In this document: piece by piece, positions 19,154 to 29,576 of the stretch
Layout: each line of letters starts with the position of its first letter
Numbering within the stretch: the first letter of the stretch is position 1
Assembly: GCA_964355105.1 (NCBI GenBank)
Contig: CAYHCO010000009.1
Location: forward strand, 25,183 to 72,361
From: an uncultured Porphyromonadaceae bacterium
GTDB taxonomy: Bacteria > Bacteroidota > Bacteroidia > Bacteroidales > UBA12481
Length of the DNA: 47,179 nt
Direction: 5' to 3'
Notes under the pieces: model-generated
Database searches by the model: none
What the model saw: the letters and a program-made list of their open reading frames with translations, nothing else
What the model was told of the DNA's origin: nothing
Translations under genes and position numbers: made by a program

Positions 19154-22100
19154 CCGAGAGAGAATTGCCCACTTTCGTCGACCGGGGGAATGGGTGGCGA
19201 ACCTTTACCCGGTTTTCCCAGTTTGGGTTCCTTAGGTGCTTTCTTCTTTTTAACCGCCGGAATATCGGCTTCCTCATCGCCCCTCAAATCGACCACTTCA
19301 AAAGGCACATCGAGTGCAACTTCCGGGTCTTCAGTCTCAATTGGCTCGGTTTCGGCTTCTTGTTCTTCCGATTTTTTGGTTTCTTCGACGAAAGCTTCGG
19401 CCTTTTTAGGCTTTTTGGACTCTGCGACTATAACATCAACCTCGTCACCATTCTCTTCTTCCCCAGTAACTTCTTCCCCAGTAACATCTTCGCCTGTATC
19501 TTCCTCGCCGGTAGCTTCCTCGCCTTCATCATTATCCTCCTCGCCATTACCCTCTTCACCATCTTCGGTCATGCCGAGGAGCTCGGCAAAACCAGCTCCG
19601 TAATATTTATGGAGCAGTTCATCATCCGGCTCCACAGGGTCAATTTCGGTAATAGTATCCACATCGAACGTGGTTACCCGTTTGCCCTTGGCTTTGAAAC
19701 TTTTCAGACCGATAAATTCAGCAGCATCAATTATTTCCGATGGGCGGGTACTATGTTTTCCCCCAAAGATGATTTCATAACGGGGTAGCAGCTGGTCACT
19801 GAGGGAGAGCATCTTGGAATCGGGATGGTCACCGATCATCCGGTGAAGCTTGTTTTCCATTGTATCCGATTCGATCTGGAACCGTTTGAGATAATAGAAT
19901 TTCTGCTCAGCATCAAAAAGTACAACCGTAAATACGCTGTAGGGGTTGAACTTCTCTATCCTGAGAATATTCTCTTCAAAGTGATTGGTAATATCGTAAT
20001 TGCTCAAACGGAATTGTCCGTCGTTCAGGATAACGAGGATCTGATCCTCGCCCTCAAACTCGCCAAGGTATTGTCCTCGGCTTTCCGTATTCAGCCTGTT
20101 AACGCTGTTGTCGAACCAGATTTTCAGACCACCCAGGGTCGATGTCCCTTTCTCTTTCAGGGAGATCTTGATCAGGGTATGTTTTGATACGATATTCCCC
20201 ATGGCAGCCCGGTTCTTAATAGCCAGGTTGCCGAAATCAAAGTCGAACGCCGGCTTTTTAAGCTTGGGCTTCGGCTTAAGTGCCACGCGGATAACTTCAG
20301 ATTCCCCATTTGGATTTTCAGTAAAGTATTGAATCTTGGAGCCTTCCTTACCTTGGGTGATATCGTATTCCTTATCACGTGTTATCCCCTTGACTGCAAA
20401 CCGCTTGGCATAACTGAACCCGGTTTTCCCATCGCGGTAAACCACGTTGAAGATGGTCCGTTCATTGTTCTTGTTAAACAGGGCAATATGAAGGATATTC
20501 TTGCCGACAAAGGCTTTGGTGGAGACTTTCGTGACTGTAAATGTTCCGTCTTTTCGGAAAATAATTATGTCATCAATGTCAGAGCAATCAAACAGATAAG
20601 CATCCTTTTTCAATGAGGTCCCGATGAATCCCTCCTCGTAATTGACATACAGCTTTTCATTGGCTACCACCACCTTTGAAGCTTCAATGGTATCGAAGTT
20701 CCTAAGTTCGGTTTTGCGCGGATAATCGGCACCGTATTTTTTCTTCAGGTTTGCGAAATAGTCGATGGCGAAGACGATCAGGTTATCAAGATGATGCAGG
20801 ATAACCGTGAGCTCTTTTTCGATAGCGGCTATCTGTTCCTGAGCGCGTTTAGCGTCGTATTTCGATATTCTCTTGATTTTCAGTTCGGTGAGCATGACCA
20901 GGTCTTCCTCGGTCACCGGACGAAGGAGAACATGTTTGAATGGCTCGAGTCCCTGATCGATGGTTTTCAGTACATCTTCCCAGGTTTCGCAATTTTCAAT
21001 GGTGATATACAGCCTGTTTTCAATAAAGATCTTCTCCAGCGAGCACACATGCCATTCGCTTTCCAGCTCTTCCTTGCGGATAAGCAATTCCTGGCGAAGA
21101 AGCTCAACCGTATTCTCGGTCGAAATCCTTACCATATCTGACACACCGAAGAATACCGGCCTGCCGTCATTGATCACGCAGGCATTCGGTGACACCGGAA
21201 CTTCGCAGTCGGTGAAAGCATACAGTGCATCGATGGTTTTGTCTGGAGAAACACCGGGAGTCAGATGAATGAGGATTTCCACCGTGCCGGAGGTGTTGTC
21301 ATCTATCTTCCGGATCTTGATTTTTCCTTTATCGTTGGCAAGGAGAATGGAATCGATGAGTGTACCGGTGGTTTTGCCATACGGTATCTCATTGATGACG
21401 AGTGTTTTCTTGTCAAGCTTATTGATCCTTGCGCGTATCCTGACCTTGCCCCCGCGCTGCCCGTCGTTGTACTTGGAACAATCGGCCAGACCGCCGGTCG
21501 GGAAATCGGGTAATAGAACAAATGGCTCATTCTTCAGGCAGGCTATCGAAGCATCGATCAGCTCGTTAAAGTTATGGGGCAATACCTTGGAGGCGAGACC
21601 AACGGCAATACCCTCCACGCCCATGGCTGGCAGGAGCGGGAATTTTACCGGAAGGTAAACCGGTTCCTTGTTACGGCCGTCATAGGATAATTTCCATTCC
21701 GTGGTTTTGGGATTGAAGACTACCTCGAGTGCAAACTTCGACAGGCGGGCTTCGATATACCTGGATGCGGCGGCATTATCACCGGTCAGGATATTTCCCC
21801 AGTTTCCCTGGCAATCGATCAGGAGATCTTTTTGGCCAAGTTGCACCAGTGCATCGCCGATGGACGCATCGCCGTGGGGATGGAATTGCATGGTATGCCC
21901 GATAATATTGGCAACCTTGTTGTAACGGCCGTCCTCGAGGCGTCGCATTGAATAAAGGATTCGCCTCTGAACAGGTTTCAGGCCATCGTACAGGTAAGGG
22001 ACGGCCCTTTCCAGAATAACGTAGGATGCGTATTCCAGGAACCAGTTCTCATACATTCCCGGCAGATGGGTGATGTCGACCTTCCGGCCGTTTCCGGTAT

Positions 22101-22173
22101 CGGTTGACTCCTGACCATCCAGTGAGTCGGACTGACCGTTAAGTTCATTATCGTTGATTTGCTCTTCGCTCAT
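19147..22173 (-). CDS. parC: DNA topoisomerase IV subunit A with a long acidic C-terminal tail
   Basis: RAVP...DGLKPVQRR, FHPHGDASI, catalytic AASRYIEAR and LPDFPTGG motifs. No GyrA-box (QRRGGKG) seen in the CTD. Directly downstream of parE. Confidence 0.9.
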   Translation of the reverse strand: MSEEQINDNELNGQSDSLDGQESTDTGNGRKVDITHLPGMYENWFLEYASYVILERAVPYLYDGLKPVQRRILYSMRRLEDGRYNKVANIIGHTMQFHPHGDASIGDALVQLGQKDLLIDCQGNWGNILTGDNAAASRYIEARLSKFALEVVFNPKTTEWKLSYDGRNKEPVYLPVKFPLLPAMGVEGIAVGLASKVLPHNFNELIDASIACLKNEPFVLLPDFPTGGLADCSKYNDGQRGGKVRIRARINKLDKKTLVINEIPYGKTTGTLIDSILLANDKGKIKIRKIDDNTSGTVEILIHLTPGVSPDKTIDALYAFTDCEVPVSPNACVINDGRPVFFGVSDMVRISTENTVELLRQELLIRKEELESEWHVCSLEKIFIENRLYITIENCETWEDVLKTIDQGLEPFKHVLLRPVTEEDLVMLTELKIKRISKYDAKRAQEQIAAIEKELTVILHHLDNLIVFAIDYFANLKKKYGADYPRKTELRNFDTIEASKVVVANEKLYVNYEEGFIGTSLKKDAYLFDCSDIDDIIIFRKDGTFTVTKVSTKAFVGKNILHIALFNKNNERTIFNVVYRDGKTGFSYAKRFAVKGITRDKEYDITQGKEGSKIQYFTENPNGESEVIRVALKPKPKLKKPAFDFDFGNLAIKNRAAMGNIVSKHTLIKISLKEKGTSTLGGLKIWFDNSVNRLNTESRGQYLGEFEGEDQILVILNDGQFRLSNYDITNHFEENILRIEKFNPYSVFTVVLFDAEQKFYYLKRFQIESDTMENKLHRMIGDHPDSKMLSLSDQLLPRYEIIFGGKHSTRPSEIIDAAEFIGLKSFKAKGKRVTTFDVDTITEIDPVEPDDELLHKYYGAGFAELLGMTEDGEEGNGEEDNDEGEEATGEEDTGEDVTGEEVTGEEENGDEVDVIVAESKKPKKAEAFVEETKKSEEQEAETEPIETEDPEVALDVPFEVVDLRGDEEADIPAVKKKKAPKEPKLGKPGKGSPPIPPVDESGQFSLGW
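19441..19566 (-). repeat. Degenerate 15-nt tandem repeat encoding GE(E/D)xT pentapeptides in the ParC tail
   Basis: Protein reads GEEAT GEEDT GEDVT GEEVT GEEEN; on the plus strand TTCTTCCCCAGTAAC occurs twice in tandem. Confidence 0.8.
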
Positions 22174-22183
22174 TTTTCAGTTC

Positions 22184-24034
22184 CTAATCAAAAACCTTGT
22201 CTTCCTCTATGCGAAGCTTGCCGATTATAAAGTCCTGTCTTTCGGGCGTATTTTTTCCCATATAAAACTCCAGCATACCTTCAACATTGTCCTCTTTTCT
22301 CAGCAGTACCGGCTCGAGGCGCATATCCGGACCAATAAAATGCTGGAATTCATCCGGAGATATCTCACCGAGACCTTTGAATCGTGTAATCTCGGGTTTC
22401 CCGGTCAGCTTTTTCACAGCCCTCAGCTTTTCCTCTTCGGAATAACAGTAGAAGGTCTGTTTGGTATTGCGGCAGCGGAACAGGGGTGTCTGCAATATGT
22501 ATAGATGTCCCTGCTTGATCAGGTCGGGAAAGAATTCGAGAAAGAAAGTGATGAGAAGCAGGCGGATGTGCATCCCATCGACATCGGCATCAGTAGCAAT
22601 GATCACGTTATTGTATCGCAGATCATCGATTCCCTCCTCAATATTCAGTGCGGCCTGAAGCAGGTTGAATTCTTCATTTTCGTACACCAGCTTTTTTGTT
22701 TCGCCATAGGTGTTTTTTGGCTTCCCTTTCAGGCTGAACACTGCCTGGGTATTCACGTTACGCGATTTGGTGATTGAGCCGCTGGCGGAATCACCTTCGG
22801 TCAGGAAAATGCTGGTCTCCAGTCTTTTCTCATGCTGTGAGTTATAGTGTACCCGGCAATCCCTTAATTTCTTGTTGTGCAGGGAAGCTTTCTTTGCCCG
22901 GTCGCGGGCCAGTTTCTGTATTCCCGATATCGCTTTGCGTTCTTTCTCCGAATCCAGGATCTTTTTAAGCAGGATATCTGCTGTTTCAGGGTGTTTATGC
23001 AGGAAGTTATCGAGATGTTTTCCGAGAAAATCGTGAATAAAGTTCCTGATCGAAGGGCCGTTGAGGCCCATATCCTTGGAGCCGAGCTTTGTTTTTGTCT
23101 GTGATTCGAAAATCGGTTCCTCAACTTTTATGCTGATAGCCGCTATAATGGAAGTCCGTATGTCGGATGGCTCAAATTCTTTTTTGTAATAGTCCCTGAC
23201 CGTTTTTACCAGGGCCTCGCGGAATGCAACGAGATGGGTGCCGCCCTGAATGGTATGCTGGCCGTTGACAAAGCTGTAATACTCTTCGCCGTAATGATCA
23301 CCGTGGGTTATGGCAACCTCAATATCTTCCTCACGCAGGTGAATGATCGGATAGAGTCCTTCTTCAGACATCTTGGACTGCAGCAGATCGAGCAGCCCGT
23401 TTTTCGAGACATACTTCTCACCGTTGAAATGAACCACCAGGCCAGCATTCAGAAATGCATAATTCTTCAGCATGGTGGAAACATAATCGTTCAGGTAGCG
23501 GTAATGTCCGAATATCTCCCGGTCAGGCTTGAAGATCACCTCAACGCCGCTATCCTCTTCGGTTGGCTTGAGTCCTTTTTCCTCAAGAAGGATTCCTTTC
23601 TGGAAAATGGCTTCCTTGAACTGGCCTTCGCGGTAGGATCTTATCTGGAAATCACTCGAGAGGGCGTTTACGGCTTTCAGACCGACACCGTTGAGACCAA
23701 CAGATTTCTTGAAAACCTTGGAGTCGTATTTTGCCCCTGTATTCATTTTTGCCACGGCATCTACCAGCTTTCCGAGCGGAATACCGCGACCGTGGTCACG
23801 AATGCGGACCAGTTTGTCGTCGATGGATATCTCGAGAGATTTACCGTTTCCCATCATGAATTCATCGATGGAATTATCGATGACCTCTTTTAAAAGGACA
23901 TAAATACCATCGTCATGAGCGGAACCATCGCCCAGCTTCCCGATGTACATACCCGGCCTCAGACGGATATGCTCCCTCGGATCGAGAGTCTTTATGGACT
24001 CTTCGGAATACGCTTCAATTAGATCACCTGACAT
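22184..24034 (-). CDS. parE: DNA topoisomerase IV subunit B
   Basis: [54 protein letters not shown] and [10 protein letters not shown], and RFKGLGEI motifs. At 616 aa it has the short ParE length. Confidence 0.92.
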   Translation of the reverse strand: MSGDLIEAYSEESIKTLDPREHIRLRPGMYIGKLGDGSAHDDGIYVLLKEVIDNSIDEFMMGNGKSLEISIDDKLVRIRDHGRGIPLGKLVDAVAKMNTGAKYDSKVFKKSVGLNGVGLKAVNALSSDFQIRSYREGQFKEAIFQKGILLEEKGLKPTEEDSGVEVIFKPDREIFGHYRYLNDYVSTMLKNYAFLNAGLVVHFNGEKYVSKNGLLDLLQSKMSEEGLYPIIHLREEDIEVAITHGDHYGEEYYSFVNGQHTIQGGTHLVAFREALVKTVRDYYKKEFEPSDIRTSIIAAISIKVEEPIFESQTKTKLGSKDMGLNGPSIRNFIHDFLGKHLDNFLHKHPETADILLKKILDSEKERKAISGIQKLARDRAKKASLHNKKLRDCRVHYNSQHEKRLETSIFLTEGDSASGSITKSRNVNTQAVFSLKGKPKNTYGETKKLVYENEEFNLLQAALNIEEGIDDLRYNNVIIATDADVDGMHIRLLLITFFLEFFPDLIKQGHLYILQTPLFRCRNTKQTFYCYSEEEKLRAVKKLTGKPEITRFKGLGEISPDEFQHFIGPDMRLEPVLLRKEDNVEGMLEFYMGKNTPERQDFIIGKLRIEEDKVFD

Positions 24035-24041
24035 AAGTGAT

Positions 24042-24049
24042 CAAATATA
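24042..24049 (-). promoter_or_regulatory. -7 promoter box for parE-parC-aroK
   Basis: Minus strand TATATTTG (perfect TAnnTTTG), 7 nt before the parE ATG. Confidence 0.6.
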
Positions 24050-24101
24050 CGAAAGTGGGGCCGGAGGGATGCGGAAGAGTTTTAAACAGGGATATGAACA
24101 T

Positions 24102-26522
24102 TTACCGTATGAAGTTCAATTCCAGCTGTTCTTCCTCTGTTCGCCTCTGATAATTATTCAGGTTGTAAGTAAAGGTTAGCGTGACCATCGGTGACTCCAT
24201 CAGGATATTTGTGGTGGTTGAGAGATTTCCTGTGAATGTTTCGAATTTCGATCTGCCGGTTCGCAGGAGGTCGCGCACGCCTAATGTCAGAGAAGCCTTA
24301 CGTTTCATCAGGCTCTGCGTGAATCCGAGGTTCATGAGGAAATTCCCGCCCATGCGTCCCTGGAGCATGATGGTAGGGCCTGTATAATTAGCTGTCACAG
24401 CAAGATAGGTTGTCGGGCCGAACAGGAATACCGTATTCAGCTTGGCGGTCCAGGCAAAGCTCTGGTTTTTCAGCTCTGACGACATGGAGGGATCCTGCAG
24501 GATATAGTAGTAAAAGTTACCAGAACCCATCAGCCGCAGCCATTTTGTCGCCTGTAAATTGGCTGTCAGCTCGATCCCGGTGGAATGTGAACGATCGGCG
24601 TTCATCGGCATCATAACAATCCTGCTGAGGCTGTCGGGAACCAGGACAAAGGTTTCCAGGTCTTTCATCCTGCGGTAATAGCCCTGAGCAGAGAGTGATC
24701 CCACCTTGATCTGTTTCTGATATCCAAGCTCAAAAGATTGTGTGAACTCAGGTTTAAGGTCGGGGTTCCCGGTGCGTATGGTCTGATTATCAATAAACTG
24801 TGGAAATGGGTTCAGACTCATTCCGTTGGGCCGGTTGATGCGCCTGCTGAAGCTGAACGCCAGCTGCTGCTTGTCCTTCAGCTCGATGGAGGCAGAACCG
24901 CTTGGGAACAGGCTCAGCAGGTGACTTTGAAATTCGGAGCTGAGAGTTGTCTGGCGGATTACCCGGTCTTCATATTCTGCCCGTAAGCCGGCAGAGTAGC
25001 TTATCTTCTTTATTTTTCCTGACCATACGCCATACCCTGCATAGATATTACGGATCAGTGAATAATCATTGGAAAATTTATCGTTCCGGGCCCAGTTATT
25101 ATTCAAGGTGTCAAAATCCTGATACAGGAAGTCGGAACGGTCGGTGAAAATGGAAAGCTGGGCTCCTGCTTCAAGCTTGTTGCCATTAGCAAAGGGCTTG
25201 GTGTAGTCGGTTTTTATGCGGGTATCCAGGATGCTCAGGTCGGTGACGGAATTGTTCTTGGTCAGCCATTTCTCGCCAACGGTCCAGTTCATGTTGGAAG
25301 GATATTCATTGGTTAATTGACTGATGGTCCCGATAAATCCACCACTGAAAACATCGAAATCGAGATTGTGTCCCTTGTCATCGAATTTGTGGCGGTAATT
25401 AATCTGAGGATTGTAATAATATCCTCCCAGATTAAGCTTGTTGTTATAGAGTGACCAGCTGGTGATGGGACTGTCCGCCAGGCCAACGGTTATGCGGTTC
25501 TCAACCAACACGTTGTTAACCATGTTTCCTGCCCTGCCGCTCAGGGTAACCGAGTTCTTCGGGTTGATGTCATAATCGATGCCGGCATTGAGGTTTAAGC
25601 TGTTCACCGCAATGGTCTGGATCAAATCACTGAACCGGTTGGTGGAGAAGAGGCCTTCATTCAGTGTACGGTTAAGGTATCCTTTGGCATTCGTTTCAAT
25701 GTAATTACCTGATAATCCAGCGAAAACGTTGATCTTGTTCTTGCGGTAATTGCCCTGAACATCTCCGGAATATTTATTGTTCCAGCCGGCCATGAGGGTT
25801 GCCTGTGCATTGAACCCGCCGGTTTTTTGTTTCTTGAGAATCAGATTGATGATTCCGGCGGCACCTTCAGCCTCGTATTTTGCGGAAGGGTTGGTGATGA
25901 TCTCGATCGTTTCCACCATGTCGGGCGGGAGCTGCTTGAGCAGGTTAGGGCCGGCAGCCGGCGAGGGTTTTCCATCGATCAGCAGCTGATACTGCGAACT
26001 TCCCCGAAGCAATACATTGCCTTCAGGATCGGTGGTTATTCCCGGCGCATTTTCCAGCACCTGGGCGAGAGTGGTGGCCCCGGTTTTTTTCAGCTGGTCG
26101 ACATTCAGGATTTTTTTGTCTCCCTGAAGGATGATGCCGGGTTTAGCCTGAACGACATCAACTCCTGACAGGCTTGTCCGCTTTTCCTCAAGTTTGAGGT
26201 CCCCAAGCTGAATGCTCAGGTTGTCGGCAGTCAGGGTAACAGTCTGAGCAGCATTGGAAAATCCTACAAAATGAGCATCTACCCCGTATTTGCCGGGCAC
26301 CAGGTTGCCGAACCGGAACCGACCGTCGGTTCCCGAAATTGTTCCACCCGCTTTGGTGGAATCTGTAAGATTGTACAACGTTATATTGACCTCAGGGAAT
26401 GGTTTATTATCTGCGGCATTGACTATCCTGCCCTCAATGACTCCTTTGCCGGGATTCGTCTGTGCGGAAAGGGTAAAGCTGGTGATCAGGAATGCGACCG
26501 AAAAAAGTAGAATATTCTTCAT
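24102..26522 (-). CDS. TonB-dependent receptor / outer-membrane beta-barrel protein
   Basis: Signal peptide, N-terminal carboxypeptidase-regulatory-like domain, plug motifs VLENAPGI and IEIITNPSAKYEAEGAAGIIN, barrel motifs SRRINRP and GNPDLKPE. Confidence 0.9.
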   Translation of the reverse strand: MKNILLFSVAFLITSFTLSAQTNPGKGVIEGRIVNAADNKPFPEVNITLYNLTDSTKAGGTISGTDGRFRFGNLVPGKYGVDAHFVGFSNAAQTVTLTADNLSIQLGDLKLEEKRTSLSGVDVVQAKPGIILQGDKKILNVDQLKKTGATTLAQVLENAPGITTDPEGNVLLRGSSQYQLLIDGKPSPAAGPNLLKQLPPDMVETIEIITNPSAKYEAEGAAGIINLILKKQKTGGFNAQATLMAGWNNKYSGDVQGNYRKNKINVFAGLSGNYIETNAKGYLNRTLNEGLFSTNRFSDLIQTIAVNSLNLNAGIDYDINPKNSVTLSGRAGNMVNNVLVENRITVGLADSPITSWSLYNNKLNLGGYYYNPQINYRHKFDDKGHNLDFDVFSGGFIGTISQLTNEYPSNMNWTVGEKWLTKNNSVTDLSILDTRIKTDYTKPFANGNKLEAGAQLSIFTDRSDFLYQDFDTLNNNWARNDKFSNDYSLIRNIYAGYGVWSGKIKKISYSAGLRAEYEDRVIRQTTLSSEFQSHLLSLFPSGSASIELKDKQQLAFSFSRRINRPNGMSLNPFPQFIDNQTIRTGNPDLKPEFTQSFELGYQKQIKVGSLSAQGYYRRMKDLETFVLVPDSLSRIVMMPMNADRSHSTGIELTANLQATKWLRLMGSGNFYYYILQDPSMSSELKNQSFAWTAKLNTVFLFGPTTYLAVTANYTGPTIMLQGRMGGNFLMNLGFTQSLMKRKASLTLGVRDLLRTGRSKFETFTGNLSTTTNILMESPMVTLTFTYNLNNYQRRTEEEQLELNFIR

Positions 26523-26542
26523 GGCTGGATTTTAATTCACCT

Positions 26543-26572
26543 ATTAGGCGGTGGAAAACCTGAAATGTTACA
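26543..26572 (-). promoter_or_regulatory. Candidate ECF-sigma promoter for the TonB-dependent receptor
   Basis: Minus strand TGTAAC-N16-CGCCTAAT, resembling the ECF -35 AAC / -10 CGT-type architecture; ends 20 nt upstream of the ATG. Confidence 0.4.
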
Positions 26573-26577
26573 AATTC

Positions 26578-29526
26578 TCATCGATTTTCAATAAAAATCA
26601 GCCAGCCCTTGCGGGGTTCAACGGGGATCGGACTATTGATATCAAAAACTTTTGCGGACTGGAAATTTTCAACTGCCGGTGCCCGGGCTGTACATTTGGC
26701 CGGGTCGAGGCCGAGGGCTTTCCAGTCGATATTCAAATTAACATATTGTGTCCGGTCGCTGAAATTGCCAATTGAAAGAAGTGTTTTACCCGGTTTGATA
26801 TACGCGGTGGCTTTGATTTCAGGGACATCGGTTTTCAACGGACAATCCTGATCCCAGAATCCTGTCATTTTTGCATCGCTGATTTGAAATTCATCCCATA
26901 TTTTCCAAACCGGCTTAGGATCGCAGAGCACTCCCTCGGTGGTCCAGGGGTATCGCACGGTCATACCGAAAACCATTCCCAGCCAGCGGTTACCCCCGCC
27001 CTGGAGCATGTCGCCCATTAATCCGAAGGGGATTCCGGACACCTCAACCAGCCAATTTTCCGCGGACATCCTGTCATATTGGAAACTTTCGCCAAACCAA
27101 ACCTTATCCACATAAGGAAAAAATTCAGTGTATTGTGTAGCAGGTCCGATAGAGAAGCCTGTGTTGGAGTGGAGATCGATCATGCATCCGGGCTGGGCCA
27201 TCACGGTCCGCATTCGCTGAAGTATCCGGCGGTCGTAAGTTACGTCATCCAGGTATAGTCCGTCGATATTCACATTTTTTACCAGCCAGGCCAGACCCTC
27301 TATGTAATAATTCAACCAGCGGGAATCCCCTGGTGCACTGAGCACGGAGGCATCCACGCGGCCGTCGGGGAAATGCTGATACCACTGGGGTGTGTAACCT
27401 TCCACAAAATGTTCGCGCAGCCATGGATAGCCACCGCCATTGCCGTTGTCGAGGATTTCATAGCCGAGGCTCCGCAGGGCCCAAACCTCGGTAACATGGT
27501 TGGTGAGTTCCCTGACGGTATAGTAAATCTTTGCCTTTATTCCCTTTGAATGAAGATCGTCAATGATGGCCCTCATCTCTTTGACGGCGATGAACGGGTA
27601 GTTGATGAAAGGATTGTATTCGTTGGCATGATGAATATTGACGATTTTCACTCCAGCGTCAAAATCTTTCTGCTCAGGAGTTGGCTTTTCGCCGGTATGA
27701 TAGTACCTGTCGGTGAATTGGCTTACCGGGTTGATCTTTTTTACCGGGGTAATGAGCAGGGCCCATTCGAAAACAATGGAATCACCGGGGTTCAGGATCC
27801 TGTCGCCCGAATAAACCTCGGCAGTTACATTGCCTGGTGCGCGGGTTATCCGAAATCCGCCTTTGCCACCGTTATTCCAGCTTTCGGGCGGGGCAGGGTG
27901 GTACAAGTTAAGCATGGGGCCGCTGTAGGTGCTTCCCCTCAATTCGCACCAGATTCCTCCCTGTGCATCACCGATCCAGAAACTGTCGAAAGGACCTTTC
28001 CATTTGGATTCATGCGAGGGTGGAACCGCACAACCCGGAAGTCCCATGCCCATCATGTATTTGGCTGTGCCGGCGTCCATCGGAATCGACAGGCGGATAT
28101 CCAAAAGGGACAAGGCTGTTTTGGAATCGTTCCGGAATGTAACCTGGGTTTTCAGGTAACCGTCGTATTCCGCTTTCATCTGCCATTTGCCTGCCAGTCC
28201 GGAGGCGGAAGAAACTGCATTCAGGGTGTATTTGCCGTCATTCAGGGTTTCCTGTCTGTCAGATATTTCGAAATTTACCGGTCCTTCAGCAGTCACAACG
28301 TTTAGCGACACGGGTGAGGCCAACAAGTTTTTTTCCTGGTTTTGTATTATCTCCGGCAGTCCGTTTTTTCCGATTTGGAGGGTGTGACCGGCTACCGATA
28401 ATTGGTTTTCAGCTGGATGCGTTACCGGTGAGTAGGGCGGTACCGGAGTGCCTTCGGATCCGGCAGTTGAATTCAGCCACCTCAATCGAGAATGCCTCCA
28501 GGGCTCACTGTCGCCGCGGTCATCCAGCACCTGGTCATTGATAACCAGAGTGACGGAGATTTCCTTTACCGGGATGTTTTTACCGGTAATCATGATGCGG
28601 CCTGTGTACTTTCCGGGTTGGGCATTTCTGGGAACATCGGCACCGATCCAGAGAGGCTGTACCCTGCCGGCGGGTATAGTCAGTTTTTTGGAAAATTGTA
28701 CGCCGTAGGGATCTATTCCATCGGTATTAAAGCATGTCATGCGGATTTCCTGGCCACTCAGCTTGCCGGACATCACCAGGTTTCCCGGTAAAACGGTTAA
28801 TTCGGTGATTTCGCCGGTAGAGGCAAACACTCCGACCTGAAATGCGTAGTATTCATTTTTCATTGCCACACCGGTGAATAATGATGATGGCCCTGACTGA
28901 ACCCACCGCCAGGGGATCTCATCCTTCATCCTGATTGGAAATTCCCGGGATTCGGTAAAATAGAGAGCCGGATCGGTATGTTTTTTAAGCAACGCTGATT
29001 TTTCTTCGCTGGTAGGAATAATCTCCATCGGGAAAAAGTTGTCGAAGGGTGTTCGGGACTCAATCCGGCTGACTTTGGCTTTAAGGGCTTTCGCTGCCGG
29101 GTATTGCGCAATCCATTGTGCATCGGGAGCTGCTTCCGGTTTTAAATAGTCTCTTCCATACCAGCCCCAGCCTTCCGCAACAGCGAAAGGGAGGTAATAG
29201 AAATAGTATGTTCCCGGGTTGTTTATAGGACCGGTGAGGATGGTGCATTTTTCCGGATTAACTACCAACCGGCTAACGTTTTTTACGGTATCGCCTGTTG
29301 CTGCGTTGATGATCAGGAACCTGCGCTTATCCGGATTCCGGTCGTGCCGGCGCCAGGTTAGGGATATCTCAGCGCAGGGTACCGCCTTACCGATTTCCAG
29401 AACAGCGCGCTGGCTGCCGAATGATTCCGGCCATGCCTGTTCGGGGGTGGTCCAGTTAAACGATTGAGCCGGGAGGGATGCAAAGCTGAAAGCTATGCAG
29501 AGCGAAAGGGAGATAAGATGTTTCAT
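26578..29526 (-). CDS. Secreted DUF6067-like putative glycoside hydrolase
   Basis: Signal peptide, WRRHD, EPWRHSRLRWLNS, NIHHANEYNPFINYPF, KIYYTVREL, DGLYLDD and DLHS motifs of a TIM-barrel GH-like family. Substrate unknown. Confidence 0.7.
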   Translation of the reverse strand: MKHLISLSLCIAFSFASLPAQSFNWTTPEQAWPESFGSQRAVLEIGKAVPCAEISLTWRRHDRNPDKRRFLIINAATGDTVKNVSRLVVNPEKCTILTGPINNPGTYYFYYLPFAVAEGWGWYGRDYLKPEAAPDAQWIAQYPAAKALKAKVSRIESRTPFDNFFPMEIIPTSEEKSALLKKHTDPALYFTESREFPIRMKDEIPWRWVQSGPSSLFTGVAMKNEYYAFQVGVFASTGEITELTVLPGNLVMSGKLSGQEIRMTCFNTDGIDPYGVQFSKKLTIPAGRVQPLWIGADVPRNAQPGKYTGRIMITGKNIPVKEISVTLVINDQVLDDRGDSEPWRHSRLRWLNSTAGSEGTPVPPYSPVTHPAENQLSVAGHTLQIGKNGLPEIIQNQEKNLLASPVSLNVVTAEGPVNFEISDRQETLNDGKYTLNAVSSASGLAGKWQMKAEYDGYLKTQVTFRNDSKTALSLLDIRLSIPMDAGTAKYMMGMGLPGCAVPPSHESKWKGPFDSFWIGDAQGGIWCELRGSTYSGPMLNLYHPAPPESWNNGGKGGFRITRAPGNVTAEVYSGDRILNPGDSIVFEWALLITPVKKINPVSQFTDRYYHTGEKPTPEQKDFDAGVKIVNIHHANEYNPFINYPFIAVKEMRAIIDDLHSKGIKAKIYYTVRELTNHVTEVWALRSLGYEILDNGNGGGYPWLREHFVEGYTPQWYQHFPDGRVDASVLSAPGDSRWLNYYIEGLAWLVKNVNIDGLYLDDVTYDRRILQRMRTVMAQPGCMIDLHSNTGFSIGPATQYTEFFPYVDKVWFGESFQYDRMSAENWLVEVSGIPFGLMGDMLQGGGNRWLGMVFGMTVRYPWTTEGVLCDPKPVWKIWDEFQISDAKMTGFWDQDCPLKTDVPEIKATAYIKPGKTLLSIGNFSDRTQYVNLNIDWKALGLDPAKCTARAPAVENFQSAKVFDINSPIPVEPRKGWLIFIENR

Positions 29527-29539
29527 GTTGCTAATTTAC

Positions 29540-29576
29540 TTATACCTGACAGGTTTTAAAAACCTGTCAGGTATAA
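29540..29576. repeat. Perfect 18-bp inverted repeat with nested palindromes (REP-like element)
   Basis: TTATACCTGACAGGTTTT-A-AAAACCTGTCAGGTATAA. Each arm is itself palindromic (ACCTG-A-CAGGT). Confidence 0.85.

Noticed and set aside
19165-19788. Phe-rich and Ser-rich plus-strand ORFs that look like membrane or mucin-like proteins
   Set aside because: They are the reverse complement of the GAA/GAG-rich acidic ParC tail.
19147-24034. Annotation as gyrA/gyrB
   Set aside because: No GyrA-box in the CTD, a short B subunit, and FHPHGDASI-type motifs favour topoisomerase IV.
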